Shown here: piece after piece, positions 16,190 to 23,305 of the stretch
Layout: the number at the start of each line of letters is the position of its first letter
How positions within the stretch are numbered: the first letter of the stretch is position 1
DNA from: a virus
DNA length: 41,930 bases
Reading direction: 5' to 3' (one strand)
IMG/VR virus record: IMGVR_UViG_3300029231_000022
Span: 1 to 41,930 of that record
The notes under the pieces: generated by a model
Database searches by the model: none
What the model was told of the DNA's origin: nothing
The model's input: the letters and a program-made list of their open reading frames with translations, nothing else
Program-made: the position numbers and the translations under genes

Positions 16190-16645
16190 TCACCAATTCA
16201 CACACAATTCAAAGTCCGTGACCTCAAATCCAATTTCCGTACCTGCTCCTGTAGGGGCGGACGCCTCTGTCCGCCCATAGGCTCCCCTTGGTGACCAAGG
16301 GGAGCTGGCGCTGGAAGCGCCTGAGGGGATCAGAGCCTCCCCGCTTGCAGCCGCTTCCGCGTTCGCACCCTTGTCCAGATAGTTCCTCCCGAACTCCCGC
16401 GCAAAGTCCGCAGTGCTCCATCCCATCCTCTCCATCGCAAGCCGCTGCCCGTATTCGTGCAACGCCTGCGCCGTGTCGCGGCAGCGGTGCGCCGCCCGCT
16501 CGCCGAAGATGTGGCAGCTCCCGTGGCAAAGATCCACCACCAGCCCGAGCTTTTCGCTCTTCCGCCGGTTCGCCCCGCCGAAAATGTGGTGACGATCCAA
16601 CGGCTCATCCGCCCCGTTCTTCCCACACAGCCAGCACGTCCGCAT
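16190..16645 (-). CDS. HNH / His-Me-finger-like endonuclease with element-derived C-terminal insert
   Basis: CWLCG...LDRHHIFGG...LCHGSCH pattern. Residues ~100-135 are encoded by repeat modules. Confidence 0.5.
   Translation of the reverse strand: MRTCWLCGKNGADEPLDRHHIFGGANRRKSEKLGLVVDLCHGSCHIFGERAAHRCRDTAQALHEYGQRLAMERMGWSTADFAREFGRNYLDKGANAEAAASGEALIPSGASSASSPWSPRGAYGRTEASAPTGAGTEIGFEVTDFELCVNW
16249..16366. repeat. Palindromic mini-elements (two modules) in-frame in the HNH-like gene
   Basis: GGGCGGAC-GCCTCT-GTCCGCCC at 16255-16276. GCTCCCCTT-GGTGACC-AAGGGGAGC at 16281-16305. GGCGC-TGGAA-GCGCC at 16307-16321. Confidence 0.85.
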
Positions 16646-16891
16646 TCATCTCACTCCTTCTTCTCGCCCCGCCATCAAGTCCTTTGTAACCTCAAGCGCA
16701 TTGTCTAATTTCTTATCCAGTTCTTGAAGCGCTGCCACCATCTCTGCCTTCGCAGCGGCATATCCCATTGCATAGCCGTCCGTGATAAGCGCTGCCGTTT
16801 TCGCAAATTCCTTTGTCTGCTCCGGCGTCATCCGTTTCAGCGTTTCGACGAGTTCCCGAATTGTCTTTTCGTGCTCCTCCGAAAGCCTCAC
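16646..16891 (-). CDS. Hypothetical protein (81 aa)
   Basis: GTG start with a GGAGGGG RBS, MRLSEEHEKTIRELVETLK... Confidence 0.55.
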   Translation of the reverse strand: MRLSEEHEKTIRELVETLKRMTPEQTKEFAKTAALITDGYAMGYAAAKAEMVAALQELDKKLDNALEVTKDLMAGREEGVR

Positions 16892-16894
16892 GTC

Positions 16895-17038
16895 TCACCC
16901 CTCCTTCTTCTCGCCCGCCAGCTTCGCCCCGGCAGTCATGCCCTGCAAATACAGCAGCGCGCCCTCGCGTACCTCCTTCGGCAGCTTGTCCAGCTCCCGC
17001 GTCAGGCTCTCCGCCTGCTTCTTCTGTTCTTCTGACAT
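16895..17038 (-). CDS. Unlisted 47-aa ORF, first gene of the early leftward block
   Basis: GAGGTG RBS then ATG, MSEEQKKQAESLTRELDKLPKEVREGALLYLQGMTAGAKLAGEKKEG. Confidence 0.5.
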   Translation of the reverse strand: MSEEQKKQAESLTRELDKLPKEVREGALLYLQGMTAGAKLAGEKKEG

Positions 17039-17052
17039 CCTTTTCACCTCGC

Positions 17053-17081
17053 TTGTCCTGTTCCCCGCTTTGTGCTATTCT
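17053..17081 (+). promoter_or_regulatory. Candidate sigma-70-type promoter for 17114..17488
   Basis: TTGTCC, 17 nt, TATTCT, 33 nt before the ATG. Confidence 0.35.
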
Positions 17082-17113
17082 GTAAATATCAATCTTGAAA
17101 AGGAGCTTTTCTC

Positions 17114-17488
17114 ATGCCCACATGGATCACCCCTGTTTCGAATCTTCTCGCCGTCCTGCTTTCCGCTTATCTCTCTTACCGTGTTTCAAAGCTCACGCTT
17201 CACGCCGAACTGAAAAAACTTGATGCCGTCTGGAAGCACGAACGGCAAGCACAGGATGATGCCGATTTTGCAGAAATGGTCGCCGCTGTTTCCGTTTATC
17301 TCTCGCACCCGACCTATGAATTTCTGGAACGCTCTGCGCGTGCCGTCGGCGTGTATCGCGCAAAATCCCCCGCGGACATATCCGCCTCCGTTGACGAGCT
17401 TGGCGGCAGCCTGTCCACGCGGGATTCCGCTGCCATTTCCGCCGCTCTCTCCCGCCTACTGGAACATCGCCGCATAAGCCACCGTTGA
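17114..17488 (+). CDS. Membrane-anchored protein of the lysogeny side (124 aa)
   Basis: AAGGAG RBS. N-terminal TM is WITPVSNLLAVLLSAYLSY. Confidence 0.65.
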   Translation: MPTWITPVSNLLAVLLSAYLSYRVSKLTLHAELKKLDAVWKHERQAQDDADFAEMVAAVSVYLSHPTYEFLERSARAVGVYRAKSPADISASVDELGGSLSTRDSAAISAALSRLLEHRRISHR

Positions 17489-17650
17489 AGCCGCGCCCGC
17501 CAGCAGCATCAAAAGATTCCCGCTCTGGCATTTGACCCGCTCCCAGATGTTCCCCTCGCCGTGCAGGATCGACGTTATGATGACCACCGCTCCGTTCGCC
17601 AGCACAGCCATCGCGCCGCCTGCAAGAACGCTCGTTATTTTGATCGTCAC
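17456..17650 (-). CDS. Small two-TM membrane protein (64 aa), first gene of the lytic-side transcript
   Basis: GGGAGGTGAGG RBS with a GTG start. Sequence VTIKITSVLAGGAMAVLANGAVVIITSIL...LLMLLAGAASTVAYAAM. Confidence 0.5.
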   Translation of the reverse strand: MTIKITSVLAGGAMAVLANGAVVIITSILHGEGNIWERVKCQSGNLLMLLAGAASTVAYAAMFQ

Positions 17651-17687
17651 CCGCTCCTCACCTCCCGCTCGTTTATCTCTTGGCACT

Positions 17688-17716
17688 ATGCTAGCATCTC
17701 TTTAGGATGTTGTCAA
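17688..17716 (-). promoter_or_regulatory. Candidate lytic-side promoter
   Basis: On the minus strand TTGACA, 17 nt, TAGCAT. The -10 lies in the 10-nt palindrome ATGCTAGCAT. Confidence 0.5.
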
Positions 17717-17748
17717 GCATTATTTTATCTCTTTCGCATATTTTTTCG

Positions 17749-17777
17749 TTGACTTTTATCCCTCTCTGTGCTAACTT
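17749..17777 (+). promoter_or_regulatory. Candidate repressor promoter
   Basis: TTGACT, 17 nt, TAACTT. Back-to-back with the minus-strand promoter. Confidence 0.45.
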
Positions 17778-17802
17778 ATTTTCAAGAAAGGTGGTGATTC
17801 CC

Positions 17803-18189
17803 TTGAATACCATTCATGAACGTCTTGCTTTTCTCATTAAAGACCAAGGTTTAACGCAATCTAAATTTGCTGACGAAGTACACCTTACGCAATCACACGT
17901 TTCCGGGTTATGCTCTGGTGCAAAAAATTTGAGCGACCGCACCATTTCCGACATCTGCCGTGTCTGGAACGTGTCCGAGGCGTGGCTGCGCGAGGGCGAG
18001 GGTGAGATGTACGTCAAGCGCTCCGCCAACGAGGAGCTGGCGATCCTCGTCAACGATCTCATGTCCGATGCCGATGAATCCTTCCGCAAGCGCTTCGTCA
18101 CCGCGCTGCTGGAGCTTCCCCCGGACCTCTGGTCCGCCTTTGAGAAGTTCGTCAAAGACCTCGCACAAAAAGAAAGCACCGAGGACTGA
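17803..18189 (+). CDS. XRE-family HTH repressor (CI-like)
   Basis: TTG start after AAGGTGGTGA. HTH is QGLTQSKFADEVHLTQSHVSGLCSG. Confidence 0.75.
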   Translation: MNTIHERLAFLIKDQGLTQSKFADEVHLTQSHVSGLCSGAKNLSDRTISDICRVWNVSEAWLREGEGEMYVKRSANEELAILVNDLMSDADESFRKRFVTALLELPPDLWSAFEKFVKDLAQKESTED

Positions 18190-18209
18190 CCCGTCCCCGG
18201 TGCTTTTTT
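18174..18209 (+). terminator. Rho-independent terminator after the repressor gene
   Basis: AAGCACCG...CGGTGCTT stem with an inner GGAC/GTCC pair, followed by TTTTTT. Confidence 0.65.
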
Positions 18210-18307
18210 ATAAATTCCGCCGTGTTATTTTGTTGAATATCCCGAATTGCAATGCCCTCCGCCGCACGATAACATATAGGCAAATAAAGTATGCGGGGGT
18301 CTTTCCT

Positions 18308-18925
18308 ATGCACGATGGTCTACACATAAACATATTCGACATCATCGTTGTCAGCTCGCTCTGCTGGTTCTTTTGCTCTCTATTTCTCTTCCGTTTAGCC
18401 AAGCTCCGCGAGAAAAACCGTTTGAAATTCTTCCAGTGCCTTTACCTTGTCGGCTATTATATTCTTGTGATTCCATCCGTACCCATGTGCTTTTTTTCTG
18501 CTTTGACTACCGGCTGGATGTCCGAGAGTAAGGACAACACGCTTTCTAAGTTGTTCTCCCCAATCCGTCCTTGGAGTCGGTTTGACCCAACGGATGATGA
18601 GTACTATGCTTTGGAGCGCCACAAATCCGTAATTGCAGGTCTGAAGCTAGTTTCATGTATGCTCGTTGTTCTTTTGCTTCTCGTCACGTTTTTGGTCGTT
18701 CAATTCGTTTCCGACCGCCCTATATCCATATCGACCTCCGCTCCTTCAGTATTTATGACGTCTGACGCGGGGTACGACGAAGAAGATACTGTTTATGTCA
18801 CAGAAAACGGAAGCCGCTTTCACCGCAAAAACTGTACAACAATCAGCGATAGTCATGTAACCGCTCTGTCCCGCGACGATGCCATCGCAAACGACTACGA
18901 ACCCTGTAAAAAATGCAATCCCTGA
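18308..18925 (+). CDS. Multi-TM membrane protein with C-terminal Zn-ribbon-like motif (moron)
   Basis: ATG at 18308. Several hydrophobic helices. C-terminus is YVTENGSRFHRKNCTTI...YEPCKKCNP. The region is visibly AT-richer than its flanks. Confidence 0.65.
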   Translation: MHDGLHINIFDIIVVSSLCWFFCSLFLFRLAKLREKNRLKFFQCLYLVGYYILVIPSVPMCFFSALTTGWMSESKDNTLSKLFSPIRPWSRFDPTDDEYYALERHKSVIAGLKLVSCMLVVLLLLVTFLVVQFVSDRPISISTSAPSVFMTSDAGYDEEDTVYVTENGSRFHRKNCTTISDSHVTALSRDDAIANDYEPCKKCNP

Positions 18926-18941
18926 TTCGCGCAAAGAAAAC

Positions 18942-18967
18942 CGCCGGAGCGCTGACCCGCTCCGGCG
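18942..18967. terminator. Hairpin between convergent genes (T-rich only on the minus side)
   Basis: GCCGGAGCG-CTGACC-CGCTCCGGC. The minus strand continues GGTTTTCTTTG. Confidence 0.5.
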
Positions 18968-18973
18968 CTTCCT

Positions 18974-19072
18974 CTACTTCGTCAGATTCTGTATGAACCT
19001 CCACACGATCCATACCGTATCTGCCCGCATTGTCTCCACCAGCTCCACGATCTCACGCTTCTTCTGCTCCAT
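18974..19072 (-). CDS. 32-aa ORF (MEQKKREIVELVETMRADTVWIVWRFIQNLTK)
   Basis: GGAGAGGAG RBS. The upstream part of the track ORF lacks support. Confidence 0.4.
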   Translation of the reverse strand: MEQKKREIVELVETMRADTVWIVWRFIQNLTK

Positions 19073-19237
19073 TGTTTTCTCCTCTCCGTATGACCCGCAC
19101 TTATATGTTAGAACATACGTTCTGTATTTGCAATTGTGAATCTCTCCAAATCTCTGCGGCGGATTTTTACCCCTCCAAAAATCCGCCGCGTTTTTTGTGC
19201 ATCCTGCCACTTTCGCGCTTCCAGATATTGTGTTACC

Positions 19238-19420
19238 CTAGGATAAGAGAGATTCCTTTCGCTTTGGCTGTGCGCCCATCGCGCACGCAACGCTCACCCA
19301 AACCGGCGAGCCGGAGATGTATTCGATCTTAAATCCCTGCACGTTCTGTATCTCCTGCCCGTCCAGCATCACGCGCACCCGCTCGCCCTCTGCTTCCACC
19401 GTGATCCTTCTCATCTGCAT
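19238..19420 (-). CDS. Small hypothetical protein (60 aa)
   Basis: GGGGAGG RBS, MQMRRITVEAEGERVRVMLDGQEIQNVQGF... Confidence 0.45.
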   Translation of the reverse strand: MQMRRITVEAEGERVRVMLDGQEIQNVQGFKIEYISGSPVWVSVACAMGAQPKRKESLLS

Positions 19421-19609
19421 ATCCTCCCCGTCAGCCCGGTCTCCCGCGGCTGTTTTTTGTTCTCGTTTCCTGTACCTATATCGTACCAGCATCTTCCTGC
19501 AAATGTCCATACTCCAAATTGCGAATCGCTACCCTGATTTTGAAATACCGTGACCTGAATTGCAAATTTCTTATCCTGTTTTTAAAAACCTGTTTTGGAG
19601 GCGTATATC

Positions 19610-20176
19610 TTGACATCCACGGAGAAATTGCAGCCCTATTTTGAATCGTATTCACAGAAGATCAAGCAGCGGCGAAACGAACTTGGTATGTCCTCGAAAG
19701 CGCTCGCCGCAAAGTCCGGCGTCCCGTACTCAAACATTTGCCGCGTCGATACCGGCGCGCAGGCGAACCCGCTGCTCTATAACGCCGCCGCCACGGCTGA
19801 CGTTCTGGGTCTCTCGCTGGACGAGCTGTGCGGTCTTACCGTCCCCGAAAATAATACCGATGAGCTCAAATCCCGCTGCCGAAAGCTGGAGCTCGAAAAC
19901 GCCCGTCTTGCAGCCACAAGAGCCGCGCAGCATGAGCAGATCAAGGCTGTGCATTCCCTCTGCTACGTTCTGGTCTTTTTCTGCGTGCTGCTCGCGCTGT
20001 CTCTTGTTTCCTATCTGCTCATCGATTCGCAGGTCACCGACGCCGGGATCATTCGCGGCGGTAAGCTCTCCGTCGCTGCATGGCTTTTTATTTCCCTGAT
20101 CGCCGCCTCCGTCATTTCCATCGGCATCGTGATCCTGCTCATCATCCGTAAAGAACGCCGGGAGGTCTCCGCATAA
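19610..20176 (+). CDS. Membrane-anchored XRE-family HTH protein
   Basis: GGAGG, 8 nt, TTG. HTH is LGMSSKALAAKSGVPYSNICRV. A coiled-coil follows, then two C-terminal TM helices. Confidence 0.65.
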   Translation: MTSTEKLQPYFESYSQKIKQRRNELGMSSKALAAKSGVPYSNICRVDTGAQANPLLYNAAATADVLGLSLDELCGLTVPENNTDELKSRCRKLELENARLAATRAAQHEQIKAVHSLCYVLVFFCVLLALSLVSYLLIDSQVTDAGIIRGGKLSVAAWLFISLIAASVISIGIVILLIIRKERREVSA

Positions 20177-21243
20177 TGCAATGTCTCAAATGTAAAAAAG
20201 AAATCCCGCCTGACGCGCTGTTCTGCCCGTGGTGCGGCAGACGGCAGCAGCCGGAGGCGCGTAAGGCGCTCAAGCGCCCCAATGGCACCGGCTCTGTCTA
20301 TAAGCTCTCCGGCAGGCGCACGCGCCCATGGATCGCCACCCGCAGCAAGGTCGTCATCGGCTACTACGCCAAAAAGACCGAGGCGCTGGAGGCGCTCGCC
20401 CGCCTGCAAGGGCGCACTCTGGACGAGCGCTATAACATGACCTTCGCCGATGTCTATGCCGACTGGAAGCTGGAGCATTTCCGCACCATCGGTCCGCAGG
20501 GCGTCGAATCCTATACCCGCGCCTATGAGGTGTTCGCGCCCCTGCATAATAAAAAATTCCGCACGCTGCGCACGGCGGATTTTCAGTCTATCATCGACGC
20601 GCACCCGGAGCTGTCCTACTCGTCACTCTCCAAGTATAAGCAGCTCTGTACCCAGCTTGCGCGCTTCGCCATCCGTCAGGAGGTCTGCACCACGGACTTT
20701 GCCACCTTCATTAAGCTGCCGGAAAACGAGAAGCAGGAGAAAGAGATTTTCAGCGACGACGAGATCAAAAAGCTCATCGACGACGGAAGCGAGCCTGCAA
20801 AGATCGTTCTCATGCTGATCTATACGGGTATGCGCATTGGGGAGCTGTTCTCCCTCCCGCTCGCGGATTATCATGAGACATATTGCATCGGCGGCGAAAA
20901 GACAAAAGCCGGGCGCAACCGCGTCATTCCCATCCGCGCCCCCGCCCGTCCATACTTTGCCGATCTGTCCGCCAGAGCCTCCGACGACCTCCTGATCTCC
21001 GGCTACAAAGGGCAGCACAGCGTTCCCAACTTCCGCAGGCGGGACTACTACCCGCTCCTGGAGCGTTTGGGCATCGAAAAGAAAACGCCTCACGCCACCC
21101 GCCACACCTTCGCCTCGCAGGCAGTCTCCCGCGGTGTTCCTCGCGAGGTCCTTCAAAAGGTCCTCGGTCACGCCAGCTATACCACCACCGCCGATGTCTA
21201 TGTACACGCCGATATAGCCCAGCTCGTGAGCGCCATCGGCTGA
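20176..21243 (+). CDS. int: Tyrosine integrase with N-terminal zinc ribbon
   Basis: CLKC...CPWCG at the N-terminus. C-terminal catalytic region has HATRHTFAS, LGHASYTTT and VYVH. Confidence 0.9.
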   Translation: MQCLKCKKEIPPDALFCPWCGRRQQPEARKALKRPNGTGSVYKLSGRRTRPWIATRSKVVIGYYAKKTEALEALARLQGRTLDERYNMTFADVYADWKLEHFRTIGPQGVESYTRAYEVFAPLHNKKFRTLRTADFQSIIDAHPELSYSSLSKYKQLCTQLARFAIRQEVCTTDFATFIKLPENEKQEKEIFSDDEIKKLIDDGSEPAKIVLMLIYTGMRIGELFSLPLADYHETYCIGGEKTKAGRNRVIPIRAPARPYFADLSARASDDLLISGYKGQHSVPNFRRRDYYPLLERLGIEKKTPHATRHTFASQAVSRGVPREVLQKVLGHASYTTTADVYVHADIAQLVSAIG

Positions 21244-21257
21244 TTTTTTGTCAGCAA

Positions 21258-21289
21258 TTTGTTAGTAACCCAAACGGTGTCTAACAAAC
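21258..21289. repeat. Candidate integrase arm-type sites (P arm)
   Basis: TTTGTTAGTAAC at 21258-21269 and inverted GTCTAACAAAC at 21279-21289. Confidence 0.5.
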
Positions 21290-21381
21290 TATTCCCGCAT
21301 TTTGTTCAGTACATTAAAGTTATCCATATAAAACCCACCGATAACCCCGTCAAAATTGTTCAAAAAAATTCGGCAGTCTAT

Positions 21382-21426
21382 CTTTTAAGCAGGGTGTCTG
21401 GAGTTCGAATCTCCAGCGGGTCACCA
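21382..21426 (+). other. attP core: 3' half of a tRNA-Lys(UUU)
   Basis: Anticodon loop CTTTTAA, stem strand GCAGG, variable GTGTC, T-arm TGGAG-TTCGAAT-CTCCA, acceptor GCGGGTC, then A and CCA. That is exactly 45 nt (tRNA positions 32-76). No 5' half lies upstream. Confidence 0.8.
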
Positions 21427-21427
21427 T

Positions 21428-21462
21428 AAAAACCCTGAAACCGCAACGGTTTCAGGGTTTTT
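21428..21462 (+). terminator. Rho-independent terminator immediately after the tRNA fragment
   Basis: AAAAACCCTGAAACCG-CAA-CGGTTTCAGGGTTTTT. Confidence 0.8.
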
Positions 21463-21481
21463 CATTTTCTGGTATTTTTGA

Positions 21482-21504
21482 TTTGTTAGTAACGTGTTAG
21501 TAAC
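21482..21504. repeat. Candidate integrase arm-type sites (P' arm), tandem
   Basis: TTTGTTAGTAAC at 21482-21493 and GTGTTAGTAAC at 21494-21504. Confidence 0.5.
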
Positions 21505-21513
21505 GTCCGGCGT

Positions 21514-21981
21514 TCAGCCTTTTGCCACGCACCGATAATACGCCGCGATTTTCTTTTCCGCGCCGCCGCCGTCGCGATCCATCAAAAACGCCCTTGCCAT
21601 CTTTGCGTAGTAGTCCGGGCGATCCACGCCGTACTCGCGCGCGACCGCGCAATAGTCCGAGTAGATCATGTTCATCGCCGCGTACCACGCCGACGTGCCC
21701 AGCGCCTGCGCATCCACGCCGATGCTCCGCGCCGCCGCTGTCGTCTGCTCCTGCGTCCAGTGCTCGCCTGTGCTGCCGTCCTCGTTTTCCATTTCGGACA
21801 CCCACGCCCGCGCGTCTGCCTCTGTAAAGGTCTCCGCGTGCTCGCCGTGCAGCGCGTCCAGACTGCACAGCAGCCCCGCAATAATGCCCGCCTCCTCGAT
21901 ATGTCCAAGCGTCATCGGCTCGTCGATGAGCTTGTGCAGCCGCTCATGGAGCTTGCGTTTGTATTCGCATTTTTCCATCAC
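21514..21981 (-). CDS. Hypothetical att-proximal cargo protein (155 aa)
   Basis: ORF MMEKCEYKRKLHERLHKLIDE... Overlaps the upstream stop by 4 nt. Confidence 0.6.
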   Translation of the reverse strand: MMEKCEYKRKLHERLHKLIDEPMTLGHIEEAGIIAGLLCSLDALHGEHAETFTEADARAWVSEMENEDGSTGEHWTQEQTTAAARSIGVDAQALGTSAWYAAMNMIYSDYCAVAREYGVDRPDYYAKMARAFLMDRDGGGAEKKIAAYYRCVAKG

Positions 21982-22319
21982 ATTTCCTCCTGCACCATGC
22001 TGTACAGCCTGTCCAAGTCGTTCACGTCAAATCGCAGCTCCCCAATAATGGGGATGTTGACCGGCAGCTTCTTGCCGTCCAGCTTCGGACGTGCGACACT
22101 GTACAGCTTTTCCACGTCCACGTTGCCGCTCTCATCCATCACGCCCATCATCTGCACCACAGGATGCTCCCGCAGCGCAAGGAGCTTGTCTCTGCCGCCC
22201 TCCATCACGAGTGCCAGCATGATTCCCGCGCCGATGCCCTTGCCGGTCGGCAGGCGTGGTAAAACCTCATTGTCCGCAAAGCGCGTCACCGCGCGCATGA
22301 TCTGGTCGATCGTCGCCAT
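21978..22319 (-). CDS. Hypothetical att-proximal cargo protein (113 aa)
   Basis: ORF MATIDQIMRAVTRFADNEVLPRLP... Confidence 0.6.
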   Translation of the reverse strand: MATIDQIMRAVTRFADNEVLPRLPTGKGIGAGIMLALVMEGGRDKLLALREHPVVQMMGVMDESGNVDVEKLYSVARPKLDGKKLPVNIPIIGELRFDVNDLDRLYSMVQEEM

Positions 22320-22368
22320 GCTCTACCTCCGTTTCGTGCGGGGCGGCTTGTGCCGCCCCTTTTGTGTG

Positions 22369-22917
22369 TCAGTTGCCGCAGCACCCGCCGCACTTGGGAA
22401 GCGGGTTGTAGAGCGACTGTGCCGTTGTGCCCGTGCCGGTGGTAACGTCTGCGACCATCTTCGGGTAAAACGTCGCGTTTGCATAGGTGACAATGCTGTT
22501 GTCAGCGCAGCAGCGGCGCTCTGCCTCCATCTTGATCTTCTCGTTCAGACGCTCCTCCACGCAGGCGATGTCCTGCCGCGCCAGCACAAAGCTGTCCTCG
22601 GTCTTCTGGTTGTGCACCGCCTGTGCCGCCAGCCCATTACGCACGTCCTTGAGCTGCCCGTCGATGTACGCGTACACCTCCAACATCTTCTGATCGTTGT
22701 AGGTGTTGGCTTTCAGCAGCGCGATCTCGCTGTCCTTCGCCGCCAGCTTCCCTTCCCGGTCCAGCTCGTACCGTGTCACCGGCGTGTTCTCGCTGCAGCC
22801 ACCGTTCTGCCAGCCGCCAAACAGATTGCCAAGACCCCCGTTCAGAACACCCAGCCCCGTTCCGATCGCGCCCAGCGTGACGCCCAGGTTGCCCTTGCCA
22901 TTGCTTGCATACTCCAT
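22369..22917 (-). CDS. Gly-rich N-terminus / coiled-coil / Cys-tail protein (182 aa)
   Basis: Contains GNLGVTLGAIGTGLGVLNGGLGNLFGGW and ends LPKCGGCCGN. First gene after the late-operon terminator. Confidence 0.6.
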   Translation of the reverse strand: MEYASNGKGNLGVTLGAIGTGLGVLNGGLGNLFGGWQNGGCSENTPVTRYELDREGKLAAKDSEIALLKANTYNDQKMLEVYAYIDGQLKDVRNGLAAQAVHNQKTEDSFVLARQDIACVEERLNEKIKMEAERRCCADNSIVTYANATFYPKMVADVTTGTGTTAQSLYNPLPKCGGCCGN

Positions 22918-23020
22918 TGCTCATACCTCCTTCGTGTAGTAAGCCTTCCGGCTTCCACCGTCAGTATGCGCTTTTCCTTTTTTCGATGTGCCTCACTTGT
23001 GCATCACCTCCGCTCAAAAA

Positions 23021-23048
23021 AAAGACCGTGCATTTCTGCACGGTCTTT
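23021..23048 (-). terminator. Strong terminator ending the late/lysis operon
   Basis: AAAGACCGTGCA-TTTC-TGCACGGTCTTT. On the minus strand it is followed by TTTTTTTT. Confidence 0.8.
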
Positions 23049-23055
23049 TCTCTGT

Positions 23056-23301
23056 TCAGTTCAGCAGTCTCGACGTTCTCTGCATCCTTCTCAAGATGTC
23101 CGGCAGCCGCCTTTGCACCGTCGCGCGCCCTAGATACAGTTCCGTCGCCACATCCACCTGCGGCAGCTTATCCACATAATAGAGCTTTGCGATCTGCGTA
23201 TCCTCTCTGCCAAGATTCGACTCGCGGATCACGGTCTCCATGCCCTGCCGCGTCATGCACTCCAGCTCCGGCGGCAGCGTCATTCTGGCGCGTGGCGACA
23301 T
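23056..23301 (-). CDS. Sigma-70 region-4-like HTH protein (81 aa)
   Basis: IAKLYYVDKLPQVDVATELYLGRATVQRRLPDILRRM resembles a region-4 / LuxR-type HTH. Confidence 0.5.
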   Translation of the reverse strand: MSPRARMTLPPELECMTRQGMETVIRESNLGREDTQIAKLYYVDKLPQVDVATELYLGRATVQRRLPDILRRMQRTSRLLN

Positions 23302-23305
23302 CCCA

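Noticed and set aside
21351-21426. A complete tRNA gene.
   Set aside because: Only positions 32-76 are present. The sequence upstream cannot form the anticodon-stem 5' strand, the D-arm or the acceptor 5' strand (GACCCGC is absent). It was called an attP core instead.
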